64,000 nt of DNA from Prorocentrum cordatum (Eukaryota): contig CAUYUJ010000059.1 of assembly GCA_963575745.1 (NCBI GenBank), positions 124,001 through 188,000 on the forward strand, in the 5' to 3' direction. Each line of letters begins with the position of its first letter. Positions within the stretch are counted from its first letter, which is position 1. The translations under genes were made by a program, and so were the position numbers. The notes below the pieces were generated by a model that searched no databases, was not told the origin of the DNA, and saw nothing but the letters and a program-made list of their open reading frames with translations. Shown piece by piece: positions 1 through 11,055 of the stretch.

Positions 1-19
1 GCTTGGCACCTCCCCAGAG

Positions 20-630
20 ATCCAACGTGTTGAAAGAGTCAAGGCGGAGGTTTTTCGCAATGTTCGGCCTTTGGGGGCCCTCGCCAGGCCCCGGGACCGT
101 CAAGAAACGACTCGGGATGAAAATCGGGTCACAGGGAAGTGGGTCGAGACTTCCGGGGACCCCGCATTGAAGAAATCACGACATCGGATCTCTGGGAATC
201 TCCGCAGAAGCGGTCGGGCGGTGCTGGGACGAGGATGAATGTCCCAGGGCGTTCCGGAACGCTCTCGGAGCGTTCCGGGGCGCTCTGAGACAAGGCCGCG
301 GCGCCCGAGACATTCTCCAGAGCCGCTGGTCGCAGAGATTCTGCACGAACGAAATTGGCACGGAAAGAATGGGTACAATGCCCAACAGCAGTCCCTGTTC
401 ATTTTGAACAGGACTCGCTGTCGGCGCCGCCGCGGCCTGTGTCCACTTGAGACAGAAGGCCGCCTGCCCAACAGCGGCCGCTGCTGGTTTGGGACAGCAT
501 TTGTTGTTGGGCATTGTACCCATGTTTTCCGTATCCATTTCGGGCGTCCAGACGAGACATTTTCCAGAGCCGTTGGGTCGCAGAGATGCTCGGTGCAGCC
601 TCACCCGATCTTGGCCTCGTCCTGGTTTCT
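20..630. repeat. Dispersed repeat, copy 1 (second copy at 12120-12467), interrupted by a MITE at 340-552
   Basis: Shares GGACCGTCAA.AAACG, GACGAGGATGAAT...GCGTTCCGGAACGCTCTC, AAGGCCGCGGCGCC.GAGACAT and CCTCACCCGAT...CCTCG.CCTGGTTTC with 12120-12467. Confidence 0.75.
340..552. mobile_element. MITE (family J), ~50-bp imperfect TIRs, TCTG...CAGA termini
   Basis: Left TCTGCACGAACGAAATTGGCACGGAAAGAATGGGTACAATGCCCAACAGCA is inverted against right TGTTGTTGGGCATTGTACCCATGTTTTCCGTATCCATTTCGGGCGTCCAGA; absent from the host paralog at ~12.4 kb. Confidence 0.8.
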
Positions 631-767
631 TCTTTTGCACCTCTTCCTCGCGGGCGGGAGGCCTCGGCGGCGAGCGAACCGGCGGAAGGCATCGGGGTCG
701 AAGGGTTTCCGGAGGTGGCCAAGATCAGGGGTGGAAAAAAAGACACCAACAAAAAGAAACAAGCGTC

Positions 768-890
768 GATCCCCAGGAAAATATGGGAAGTGGAGGGGAA
801 GACGAGACTCCAGAAAGTATAGAAAAGGTTGGGAATCCCAGGATTTGTGTCTATCTGTTTGTGTGTCCCTGGGCCCCTTGACTCTTGGAC
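768..890. repeat. Dispersed repeat (other copies 51040-51161 and partial 53713-53773)
   Basis: AAAATATGGG.AGTGG.GGGGAAGACGA.A.TCCAGAA...GTGTCTATC...TTGTGTGTC..TGGGCCCCTT shared between copies. Confidence 0.7.
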
Positions 891-1067
891 GCCTCCCCTC
901 TTGGGCGCCCCCGAGTCGAAGGAGTTGACATCTTCTCCTTGGCGGAGGCTGGCGGAAGCCGGCGGAAGCAAAAGATGCGCCCCCAAGGGATGGCAACATA
1001 TTTGGGCTCAGGATTTCCTGAATGAGCGAGTCTTGAGGGATCGTCTCGTCCTGAGGGGGACCGTCTC

Positions 1068-1300
1068 TCAAGCAGTGGCGAAGCGTCCTGCCTCGCCTAT
1101 AGCCCTACCAAACAAAAGTCTAATAACCGGTTGTGGTTTCCACGAAAGGTTCTTAGAACATTTCTGGCGGAGTCTGTCTTGGTTTATCACATCGGGTTTA
1201 TGTTCTGAGAACATTGTTTGTGTTCTTAGACGGTTTGTGGGTTCTGAGAACATTTCGTGGTAGGACTACAGGAATGCCGGGACGGTCGCTCCCTGCTCAA
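1068..1300. mobile_element. MITE family C, copy 1; ~45-bp imperfect TIR, 5-bp TSD GTCTC
   Basis: GTCTC at 1063-1067 and 1301-1305; left TCAAGCAG...TATAGCCCTACCA versus right TGGTAGGACTACA...CTGCTCAA; second copy 10646-11055. Confidence 0.8.
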
Positions 1301-1429
1301 GTCTCGAGGATCGGGGGTTGTCTCGCCATGAAGCGAGCGGGCCTTGAGGGACACGGGCTCTGAGGTTTTCCACCGCGTTGGACCCCGCGGGGCTTTCCAT
1401 TGGCCCTGGGACTCACTGAAGACGACTGC

Positions 1430-1800
1430 GGGGGAAGGCCCCAGTGTCCCAGGACCCGCTTCTCCGGTGGCCCGCTCGCTTCATGCCAGATCGCCAGGAA
1501 AAGAAGAAGCAGCTGCGAGCATCAAGTGGCAGATGTAGGCAGGGCTGGACCTAAACGGTGTTTTGGCGATTTCGTGGGCCGTTTTCGTTTCGATTTCGTT
1601 TTGCGGTAAAGGCGGGTTGAAGACAAAACGAGGGAAAACGAAAACAAAACGAAAACGAAAAACACCGTTTAGGTTCAGCCCTGGATGTAGGAGGAAGGCC
1701 CCGGGGTCCCAGGACCCGCTTCCCCCATGACCCGCTTGCTGCATGCTCGATCGTCAGAAAAAGAAGAGGCAGCCGCGTGCATCAAGCGGCACATCTAGCG
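1430..1800. repeat. Two-copy ~108-bp tandem duplication with a hAT-like MITE at the junction
   Basis: GGAAGGCCCC.G.GTCCCAGGACCCGCTTC...AAAAGAAGA.GCAGC.GCG.GCATCAAG.GGCA at ~1433-1539 and ~1693-1800. Confidence 0.8.
1540..1683. mobile_element. hAT-like MITE, 144 bp
   Basis: TIR CAGGGCTGGACCTAAACGGTGTTTT / AAAACACCGTTTAGGTTCAGCCCTG (24 of 25 match); perfect 8-bp TSD GATGTAGG at 1532-1539 and 1684-1691; CAGGG termini with an 8-bp TSD are typical of hAT. Confidence 0.9.
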
Positions 1801-2026
1801 CGCGCGCGCGTAGGAAAATAAAACTGCCCCTGCGGCAGTGCTCGAGAGGAGCGTCCGCTGGCCATCTCGCTGATTTCCTGGGCCCGGGCCCGTCATTGGC
1901 CCAGGATGGGTGAGATGTTCAGTTTTGACGTCCCCTGGCTGATACTGGGTCCTGAGGAGGAGGAGGAGGAGGAGGAGGAAGAAGAGAATCATATGCCGAT
2001 GCATCGAAGAAGAGAAAACGGCATAC

Positions 2027-2323
2027 ACAGAAACTTTTGGCGCTGCCCCCGGACCTCTCCTGGAGCCAGGTCTGACCAGGATGTCTAGGCGAATTGGGTC
2101 GCAGCGACGACGACACCCTGGGAGGCCCCAAATGGTGAAAACGACGGAGGGATATCTGCAGTAGAAGCAGAAAAAGCGGCATAAACATAAACTTCCAGCG
2201 CTTCGCGCAGATTTTTCTTGGATTCGCGCTGGGCCTCGTCGCTATGACCATATTGATTCGCCTAGACATGCTGGTCAGATCTGGCCCCAGGAGGGGTCCG
2301 GGGGCAGCGGTACAGTTTTCTGT
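2027..2323. mobile_element. Fold-back element with ~70-95 bp inverted arms
   Basis: 2027-2094 (ACAGAAAC...CGCTGCCCCCGGACC...TCTGACCAG.ATGTCTAGGCGAAT) is inverted against 2256-2323; no clear TSD. Confidence 0.7.
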
Positions 2324-3739
2324 TTTCCCCAGATCGAGGCGGGGAACAGGATCGAGGATCGAGGGGCGTGAAGCCTGAGGGAGATAGGGTTGGAGAGCCT
2401 CTGAGGACCTCTGTGGGAGGAGATTCTTCAATGTTGAACGGTTCACGGGCGCTCACGTCGACCATCGACGTCGTCGCAAGAGGAATTTGCCGACGCCGTC
2501 ATACTGACGTTTTCGTCACATCAAGCGAATTAGAAACAGGTGGCATCACATGACGTGGTGTCACTTCGTCACCAGGCCTACCATGCTGAAACCATGCCCA
2601 CGTCAAGCAAACGACGCAGAGAAGCGGGGTCGGTTGCACGGACACTGTCGCATAAGCTGCCTGCGTAAGGTCGCTCGGAAGCACCCTCGTTTCCACTGTG
2701 GCGTGCCGCGTTGGCAGGCCGCGTAAGCCGCCGCGTAAAGTCGCTATGACATCTCGCGTAGGCGTCGTGTCTTTTCGTCGCTCGCGTGACGTGGCCACTT
2801 CACCTCACGTGAGCGACGACTTCACGTGAGCAACGACGCCGTCTGTCGACACTCACGTGACGTCACGTGGCCACGTCGCGTCACGTCAGGCTGAAACCAT
2901 AGTCGGCGCCGCTGCCGCAGTCGTCTGGTGGCCCTCCGCCACGCCCCCTGCCAGCGCGCAGGCCGACGGGCTGGTCCACGCTCGCAAGGGCCAGCAGGAC
3001 ATCGAGGCCGCCCTTCCAATCTTGCTGGGCCCCAGGCTCAGCATTGTCTCACCAGTCCCACAAGACCGCTACTTTATCCCCTGACGAGATCGGGCGTGAC
3101 GGGGGGGGGGCCAGGTCGATGCGCGTCAGCGCGGCCTGGGAATGCTCAGGAATGCCTAATTTCCACACGGCGCCGGCGCGAATCGTAGTGTGACCGCGGG
3201 GTGGGAGGGGGGGCGGGGCCGGTCACGGGTGTCATCGCGAATGATCCCCGTTGGGCCATTCTATCTCGGCCCCGCCAGATCACCCGCTCAGATCGTCCAC
3301 GAAGCCTATTTCCACCCTGGGGGTAAGTCGGCCAGCGGGGCCAAGGCCATGCCAGTGGGGATAGGGATCGGTTAAACGATGCTCATGGGCTTCTCCTGTG
3401 CCCGCCAGCCCGCACAAGGAGTTTGGAGATGCGGATGCATCCTTCTCTCCGACCCCCTCTCCCCCCCTCCCCCTCCTCCTACTCTTCCTTCGCATTCGCT
3501 CGCCAGGGGCCACGCTAGGATTCTTCACTGCTGGCCCAGCGGCCTTCCAGTCTCGCGTGAACGTTCTGCTATCGAGAGCTCTGCGCGCCTCCATGCTGCG
3601 TCTTCATCGAAGACGTTTACGGCGAGTCCCCGCCGCCCCCTGCCTTCTTGGAAGCGCCTATGTGGCCAGACGTTGAGGCCAGACCTGCCAAGCTATCGGG
3701 CCATGTGTTCCCCGAGTCGGTTTGGAAAGCCTTCGGGGA

Positions 3740-5020
3740 ACACGTGGGCATCTTGAAAGTCATCTTGGCCGTCTGGAGGCCATTTTGACCCTTTCGGGCC
3801 TTCTTGGAGGACGTCTTGGAGGGGCTCTTGGGCCGTCTTGGAGGCCATCTTGAGCGTCTTGGAGACCTCTTGGGCCGTCTTGGGGGGCTCTTGGGGCCGT
3901 ATCTTGGGCCTCTTGGGCAATATTTGGGGGCACTTGGGCCGTCTCGGGCCGTCGGAAGGCAGAAAAAAAGCAAGTGCCACAATCCTTCAAAAACCCATGG
4001 GAAATAAATGATATTCGCCTTTTCGGGACTTCCTGGAGACCCTCTTGGAGGCCTCTTGGGCCGTCTTGGGCCATCTTAGGGCCATGCTCGGCCGTCTTGG
4101 TGGGCTTCTGGTCCGTCTGACGCCGTCGGAAGCTGTTTGGGGGGCCTTTATGGGCCGACTTGGGGCCCTCTTGGAATGCTCCAGGGCCGTCTTGGAGGCC
4201 ATCTTGGGCTACTTAAAGGCCTCCTGTGCCGTCTTGGGGGCCTTTGGGGGCAGTCTTGGGGCCCTCTTGGGCCGTTCTGGGGCCATCTTGGAGGCTTATT
4301 GGGCGATCTTTGGGAGCTCTTGGGCCGTCTCGGGCCGTCGGAAGGCCGAAAAGAAGCAAAGTCAAAATCCGTCAAAAATCTCGGGACCATCAATGTTTTT
4401 GGCCTCTTCTGGCCTTCTGGAGGCCCTCTTGGGGGCCTCTTGGGCCGTCTTGGGCCAGCTTCGAGCCAACTTCGGCCATCTTGGTGGGTTCCTGGCACGT
4501 CTGACGCCGTCGGGAGCCGTCTTGGGGGCCTCTCTGGGCCGACTTGGGGTCCTCTTGGGGCGCTTCGGGGCCGTCTTGGAGGCGATATTGGGCGTCTTGG
4601 AGGCCTCTTTGGGCCCTTTTTGGGGCCGTCTTGGGGGGCTCTTGGGCCGTCACAGGGGCCATCTTGGAGGCCTCTTGGGCGACCTTGAGGCGATCTTGGG
4701 GGTCTCTTGGGCCGTCTGGGGCCGTCGGAAAGCCGAAAAGGCGCAAATGCCAAAATCCTTCAAAACCTATGGAACATCAATGATTTTGCCTCTTCGGGCC
4801 TTCCTGGAGGACCTCTTGGAGACCTCTTGGGCCGTCTTGGAGGCCTCTTGGGGGCCTCTTTGGCCGTCTTGGGCCATCTTCAGGCTATCTTAGGCCGTCT
4901 AGAGTACATCTTGGGCCGTCTTGGAGGCATCTTGGGGCCATCTGAGCCATCTTGGAGGCCATCTTGGCCTTCTTGGAGGCATCTTGGCCGTCTTGGAGGC
5001 CATCTTGGGGCCGTCTGGGG
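3740..5020. repeat. Degenerate 10-11 bp satellite (GGGCCGTCTTG / GAGGCCATCTTG) with a ~387-bp higher-order unit
   Basis: Dozens of TCTTGG(A/G)GGCC units; A-rich marker GGGCCGTCGGAA.GC.GAAAA recurs at ~3946, ~4333, ~4719. Confidence 0.9.
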
Positions 5021-5214
5021 CAGGAAAACCGTTTGCAACCACCTCTTCCGGGTGGCCGGCGGGACGTGACGAAGCCCGAGGGGGAGTTGTCTTGGAAAAA
5101 GAACCAAAACCAAACCCATATCGTTTGGCACGCCAGGCACCCCTTTGATAAATCAAAAGGGGGCGGCGGATAATGGCCTTCGGCCCATCCCGCCACCGTG
5201 CCTGGATTGTGGGT

Positions 5215-5670
5215 CGGGGTCCTCGTGGGTGCTTCTTGGGGCCTCTTCGGAGGACTCTCAGACCTCGGGGACAGTGTTGGGGGCTTCTCGAGGACAGTTG
5301 TGTGGCCTCTTAGGGGACCTCTTGGGGGCGTCTTGGGAGGGGGCCTCCTGGGGGCCTCTCCTGGGGGCCTCTTGGGGGCCTCTCGGGGCCCCTTGGGGCC
5401 TCATGGGTCCTCCTGGCGGCCTTTCGGGGCCGAGAGCTCGAAGTGTCCGTTCGGGTCCCCCGTCTGGGCCCCCTCTTGGAGCTGTCCCGGGGTTCCCTCG
5501 GGCCGTCCTGGAGGCGTCTCGGGCCGTCCTGGGGCCCTCTGTGGCCGTTTTGGGGGCCCTCTTCGAGGCCTCTTGCGCCGTCTTGGGGTGATATTGGGGG
5601 CGTCTTAAGCCGTCTCGGCTCGTCGGGAAGCCGAAACGGCGACAGAGCCAAAATCTGTTAAACAAAAAAA
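5215..5670. repeat. More diverged second tract of the same TCTTGGGGGCC satellite
   Basis: Same monomers plus the marker CGTCGGGAAGCCGAAA at ~5621. Confidence 0.75.
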
Positions 5671-6260
5671 GCGCCGTTGCTCTCGAGGGTCCGTGGTTCT
5701 CGAGGGCGTTGGCCCCCGCACAGACGGAGGGCATCCTCAAGGCGCTGGGCGCCGAGGGGGCGCAGCGGAGCCACCGAAGCGGGTGCGCGGCGCTGGCTGG
5801 CGCAGCACGCATCTACACCGGCAAGTCGGCGTTGCGCGGGCAGGCGGGCTCGGCCGAGGCGTCTGGGTGGGGCGACCCCGTCTGCCTGCTCCATGGCACC
5901 AACGTGGGCGAGCTCACGGCGGCGGCGCGCGCTCTCTGCCAGGGAGCTCCTTGGGCCCGAGGGCGCCCAAGAGCGTCCAATACGGTCCGAGGCGCACCAA
6001 GGAGCACCCCAAGGCGGCTCAAGAGGGCCCCGCGAGAGCTGTTAGCGGGCCCGGGAAGACCGTCAGAGGGCGGTGCGAGATCCAAGGGAATTCCAAAACG
6101 CCGCCCGAAACAGTTTCGGGAGAGCTGCGGGACCCCGAGGACGCCTCCGAGGTGACCAAGATGGTCCCTTAGGGTCGCCCCGGATCGCTCCCCCACGCGG
6201 GTCGGAGAGTCGCCCAAGATGCCCAGATATTACCAGACCCGGCACGTTCCAGAACACGTC

Positions 6261-6403
6261 CAGGCCAGCCACAACTGGGGGAGCTTTGGTCCTTACCCCC
6301 CTGGGGGGCCCATCGATTTCGACACCCCTTTCGAGAGATCGTCGATGCGATGGGTTCCCCCAGGGGGGGAAGGACCACAGCTCCCCCAGTTATGGCTGGT
6401 CGG
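6261..6403. mobile_element. MITE family H, ~55-bp TIRs, 5-bp TSD ACGTC
   Basis: CAGGCCAGCCACAACTGGGGGAGCTTTGGTCCTT.CCCCCCTGGGGG inverted against CCCCCAGGGGGGGAAGGACCACAGCTCCCCCAGTTATGGCTGGTCGG; ACGTC at 6256-6260 and 6404-6408. Confidence 0.85.
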
Positions 6404-6824
6404 ACGTCCGCCAGAAAGTGCTACCGCACGCGGGGGGAGGGGAGGAGGGACGCGGGAGGCCTGGGCAAGTGTCAGGAAAAGGATGTGGATGGGGGAAGGA
6501 TGAGGAGGGAGAGGCGACAGATCGAGGGATGGTCCCAAGAACGCAGCAGCAACAGGTTGATGAGAAAATCAACGGTTCAATCACAAACGTAATGTGGGAC
6601 ATTGAGTAAGTAAGAAGTGGACAAGAGGATACACAATATTCGGAGTAGGAGGAGGAGGAGGAGGAGGAGGTGAATTAGTAGAGAAAAGAGTAAAAGCAGG
6701 ATGAAACAGAGGTGAACGGGATTACGAACACCAATGTAGTTGCAGGTAGTGTCCCATAGTTGGTCTAGAACCTGAGCGCCCGCGAATCGCACGCGAATGT
6801 ATTATGCATAGGCATCTATACACA

Positions 6825-6834
6825 CATACATACG

Positions 6835-6867
<33 letters not shown>

Positions 6868-6930
6868 GTGTATGCATGTATGTATGTATGTATGTATGTA
6901 TGTATGTATGTATGTATGTATGTATGTATG

Positions 6931-6962
<32 letters not shown>

Positions 6963-7160
6963 TGTATGTATGTATGCATGTGTGTATGTATGTATGTATG
7001 TATGTATGTATGTATGTATGTATGTATGTATGTGTGTATGTATACATGCATGTATGTATGTATGTATGTATGTATGTATGTATGTATGTATGTATGTATA
7101 TATATGTGTATGTATACACACAACAGTATGCATATAGGTGTGTGTATATATACACATACA
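6825..7160. repeat. (TATG)n microsatellite with (TA)n edges
   Basis: Seen directly. Confidence 0.98.
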
Positions 7161-8375
7161 GCTGATGCCGCAGTGCCTCCGCGGCAAACGGGCCCGACAG
7201 TATATTTCGCTCGTTGATGGTAAGTTCCAAAATATGGATCGTACTTGGGGTTCCCTACTGGGATCCAGGCGGAATTGGATTTAGATGTTGCGAGTTTGGA
7301 TGGTGGGTGCTCCATGACACCCCAGTCGTCGATGCCCTGTGCCTGTCATGACTTCTGGTTGCCGCCCAGGTGCCCTATGGCTGGTGCCATCTGTTCCCAG
7401 CCCACGGTTGTCGCGATGTCTGACTGCCGCCCTGGTGCTCCCTGGCGGGTACCTTTGTGATGCCCTTGTCACCAACGGCATGCGCGCATCGAGAGTCCAA
7501 GAGCCCATTGTTTGGGGCACATGTTGGCAGTCTTTTGTTTTATTGAGCTGCTGCGTCTCAGCGGACAGACAGTGCAAGAGGAGCGGCGTGCCGGCCACCT
7601 TCATGAAACTCGCGACTTCAGGATGCGATACACACTACATGTTTCCTGGGTCGCGGGCCGACTTGCAAGACGCTCCGCGGAAGTTGCCCAAGTGAAGCAG
7701 GATCACGACACAACATACGTGCACGATCAAAGAGGCGTCACCTGCGCGGCAATGATGTTTGCGACGTTGCAGCTGCAAGCAGCACGATGTACCCGTGGCA
7801 TGTGTTTCCGTTGGACATTGGCCTCAGCAATTGTAGCAGTCGGTTTCTCTGGCTACTGTGCAAGATTGGTTAGCTGCAGCAATGGCAGCCTTCTGACCAT
7901 ATGGGTTTACATGGGCATCGCATCGAGTCAACATTTCGATTGGTTCAAGGTCATACAACAGTTTGGGATTCTGCCCCGGAGCGATCCCTCCCTTCCCCAC
8001 CACAGTGTGCCGTGCTGTGTCTGCGGTGTGTTTTCGTACTTCGTTCTCTTTCGTTCCCCCCTCTTGTATAACTGCGCAGTGCTTTGCAATGCGATGTCTG
8101 CTTGCGTAGCGACCGTAGGAGCACCATGAGCGCAGAGGTCGCCGCCTCATGCACCAGGACAGCCAGTGCACGTTCACCGCTCACTGCCAGCCGCCAGGCC
8201 CGTGCCGACAAAAATGTTTTCGTCGGCCGCGTACGTTCGGATGCATGCCTGCCACGCGGTGCTGAGAGACGCCCGCCCCGACTGGGGCCCCGCAGAAGAG
8301 CCGGTCAGGATCCTGCCAAGGCCGCGCCAGGACCCTACCACGACCTTGCTAGAACCCCACGGGGGCCCATACCAC

Positions 8376-8547
8376 TCGGGGATGGACAGAACCCCCAACA
8401 GTGACACGTCGATTAGTGAATTGTTCGTTTTCGGTTCTCGAGAGGGCGCCGTGGCCGTTATTTTCCAGGCTTGCGCCCGCCAGGTTTGGGCCTCAGGTCG
8501 TTTTCACTAAACCACGTTTTACTAAAGGGGGGTCTGTCCATCCCCGA
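8376..8547. mobile_element. MITE family B, copy 1, 172 bp; 5-bp TSD ACCAC
   Basis: Perfect 15-bp TIR TCGGGGATGGACAGA / TCTGTCCATCCCCGA; ACCAC at 8371-8375 and 8548-8552. Confidence 0.92.
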
Positions 8548-8774
8548 ACCACGACCCTGACGGTCACCAGGAATCCACCCGCACCCTATCAGGACCCCCA
8601 CATGGACCCTGCCAGGAGCGTTCGCGTCCGCGCATGATGGCAGCGGTCGGCCCGTGCCACGTCTTTTTGTGGTTTCCCATCCCCCGCGCTCGCCAGGCAG
8701 CCTTCGGCGACGAGAGCAGCAAAGCTCTTCTTCCCGCGGCGACGCCCCCCCCCAGCACAGCCCCGCAGCAGGAA

Positions 8775-9730
8775 GAAGGGGAGGGGAGGGGAGGGGAGGA
8801 CCACGAGGGGAGGAGATGGAGGGCAGGAATGGGAGGGGATGGGGAGGAGAGTGAGCGGAGGGGAGGGGAGGGGAGGGGAGGAGAGTGAGCGGAGGGGAGG
8901 GGAGGGGAGGGGAGAGGATTGGAGGCGAGGGGGGGAGGACCACGAGGGCAGGATCGGGAGAGGAGGGGAGGGGCGGGGGGGGGTCGTGGAGCCTGCCTGC
9001 GGCCTGGGCCTGCCGTGGGCCGGAGGCGCCCGCCCTCGTTCCTTCGTGCGCGTTTCTCGTGGCGGCAGCGCGACGACTGTGCTCCCCTATCTCCTCCTCC
9101 TCCTCCTCCTCCTCCTCCTCCTCCTCCTCCTCCTCCTCCTCCTCCTCCTCCTCCTTCTCCTCGATCCCTCCTCTCCTCCTCCTCTCCTCCTCCTCCTCCT
9201 CCTCCTCCTCCTCCTCCTCGATCCCTCCTCTCCTCCTGCTCCTCTTCCTTCTCCTCCTTCCTCCTTCCTCCTTCCTCCTCCTCCTCCTCCTCCTCTCCTC
9301 TCCTCCTCCTCCTCCTCCTCCTCCTCCTTCCTCCTGGGGAGGCCGCGGCCGGCCTCGGAGAGCCTGACCTCGTCGGTTGCGGGGTGCGCCTCGCCCCGGC
9401 GCTCCCGCTGTTCTCTTGGTGTCTCTCTTGTGCTCTCCCTCGTGTGCAGTTCCGGCTCCTCCTCCTACTCCTGCCCTCCTCCTCCTCCTTCTCCTCCTCC
9501 TCCTCTCCTCCTCCTCCTCCTCCTCCTCCTCCTCCTCCTCCTCCTCCTCCTCCTCCTCCTCCTCCTCCTCCCCCTCCTCCTCCCTCCTCCTCCTCCTTCC
9601 TCCTGGGAGGCCGCGGCCTGCCTCGGAAACCTGACCTCATCGGTTGCGGGGTGCGCCTCGCCCCGGTGGTCCCGCTGTTCCCTTGGTGTCTCTCTTTTGC
9701 TCTCCCTCGTGTGCACTTCCGCTCCTGCTT
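8775..9730. repeat. (GGGGA)n tract, then (CCT)n tracts with a ~125-bp direct repeat at ~9333-9458 and ~9601-9725
   Basis: GAGGCCGCGGCC.GCCTCGGA.A.CCTGACCTC.TCGGTTGCGGGGTGCGCCTCGCCCCGG...CTCCCTCGTGTGCA occurs twice. Confidence 0.9.
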
Positions 9731-9742
9731 GTTGCTGTAGCT

Positions 9743-9919
9743 TCGGGGGCGGAAAGAGGGGGGGGGGATATCATGGCGGGGGCCATGATATTTCCCCAGA
9801 TCTCGTGGCGCCTCTTCTTGTTTCATTAGGTCCCTGGCCCCCCCACTGGCCGCGCACATGCCGCCGGTCATGATTTGCAACCCCCCCCTCTTGGACACCC
9901 CCCTCTTGGCCGCTCCCGA
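9743..9919. mobile_element. MITE family E, copy 1
   Basis: TIR TCGGGGGCGGAAAGAGGGGG / CCCCCTCTTGGCCGCTCCCGA; internal sequence matches 58550-58743; TSD not preserved here. Confidence 0.85.
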
Positions 9920-10112
9920 TGGGCGGCGCGCGGTCCTTCCGCTTGCGCTCGCGAGCAAAAAAATGACTGTGCCCCCGCCCAGCGATGGTGACGGTGGTGG
10001 AGACGGGGGAACGGCTGTCATCGCAGACCCACGGGCCGACACCAACACAAGATCGGCGCCTGTGCCTCCACCGAGGGAAGACGATCCCGATCTCGGTGGT
10101 GGTGGCACTAGT

Positions 10113-10203
10113 CTGGCTTCCCAGGGTGACCGAAACACTGCCACCGGCACCGAGCTCTGGGATCGCGCTCCCCATGTGGAGGCAGCCCTCTGGTGTTGGT
10201 CGG
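10113..10203. repeat. Dispersed repeat fragment (second copy 18574-18665)
   Basis: CTGGCTTCC.A.GGTGA.CGAA...CACCGAG.TCT.GGATC...CCCATGTGGAGGCA.CCC shared. Confidence 0.7.
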
Positions 10204-10645
10204 AAACTGGAACATATACACTACCAGTGGCCGGCTGTTTTTCTATCCCGGGACTTGTTGAGGGTCGAGGACGACGCTGGGGTGGTGTGGTGCATATTTG
10301 TTCCCCCGATGTCCCGGGGAAACAACGAAACATGTATACACCAGGGTCCCGTCTACACCAGGACCCGCTCCCCAGTGCAGATGTCAATGCAGGGCCGGAG
10401 CCAGCGTCGGCGTACAGAGTTCGATCCCTTGGTTGGTGCCCGTTTCCAGGTCTCCAGTGTCAGTAGCTCTTCGCACGCACGCAGGACGGACAGAGAGCAC
10501 GGTCGGACCTGGGCATCAGGTCGCGGTCGGTTCGGGGAGCGTGGCCTATTGTGTTCTTCGTGCCTCTTGGGTGTCATCGTGCGCCCGGGGAGGGGTGCCC
10601 TCGAATGCTCCTTCATCTCGGCCGGCGGAGGGCCCCATGTTCTTG

Positions 10646-11055
10646 TCAGGCGGTGGCGAAGCGTCCTGGCTCGCCTATAGCCCTACCAGACAATGGTCTC
10701 GGAACCTTTTGTGGTTTCCACGGAATGTTCTTAGAACACGTATGGTTGGAGCTGTCTTGTTTTAACACATCGGGCTGATGTTCTAAGAACCGCGATTTTG
10801 TTCTTAGAACATTTTTGGGTTCCGAGAACATGTCGTGGTAGGATAATATCGGGGCTGGACAGAACCCCCAACAGTGACACGTCGATTCGTGAATTGTCCG
10901 TTTTCGGTTCTCGAGAAGGCGCCGTGGCCGTTATTTTCCAGGATTGCGCCCGCCAGGTTTGGGCCTCAGGTCATTTTCACTAAACCACGTTTTGCTAAAG
11001 GGGGGTCTGTCCATCCCCGATAATAGGAATGCCGGGACGGACGGTCCCTGCTCAA
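10646..11055. mobile_element. MITE family C, copy 2, interrupted by a family B copy
   Basis: Collinear with 1068-1300 once 10849-11025 is removed. Confidence 0.85.
10849..11020. mobile_element. MITE family B, copy 2, 172 bp; 5-bp TSD TAATA
   Basis: TCGGGGCTGGACAGA / TCTGTCCATCCCCGA; TAATA at 10844-10848 and 11021-11025; the empty paralogous site at 1261-1280 has a single 5-mer (TAGGA-CTACA-GGAATGCC). Confidence 0.95.

Noticed and set aside
4045..4893. 282-aa Leu/Gly/Ala-rich repeat protein
   Set aside because: It is a translation of the 10-11 bp satellite, and ORFs are open in several frames on both strands.
7200..8200. Lower-GC island with a 205-aa ORF (7512-8129)
   Set aside because: No recognisable motif on either strand, so I cannot support a product.
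8564..10387. 607-aa ORF and similar long ORFs (14450-16195, 50091-51734, 62391-63653)
   Set aside because: They run through (CCT)n/(GGA)n tracts and across MITE boundaries; open only because of high GC and stop-free repeats.
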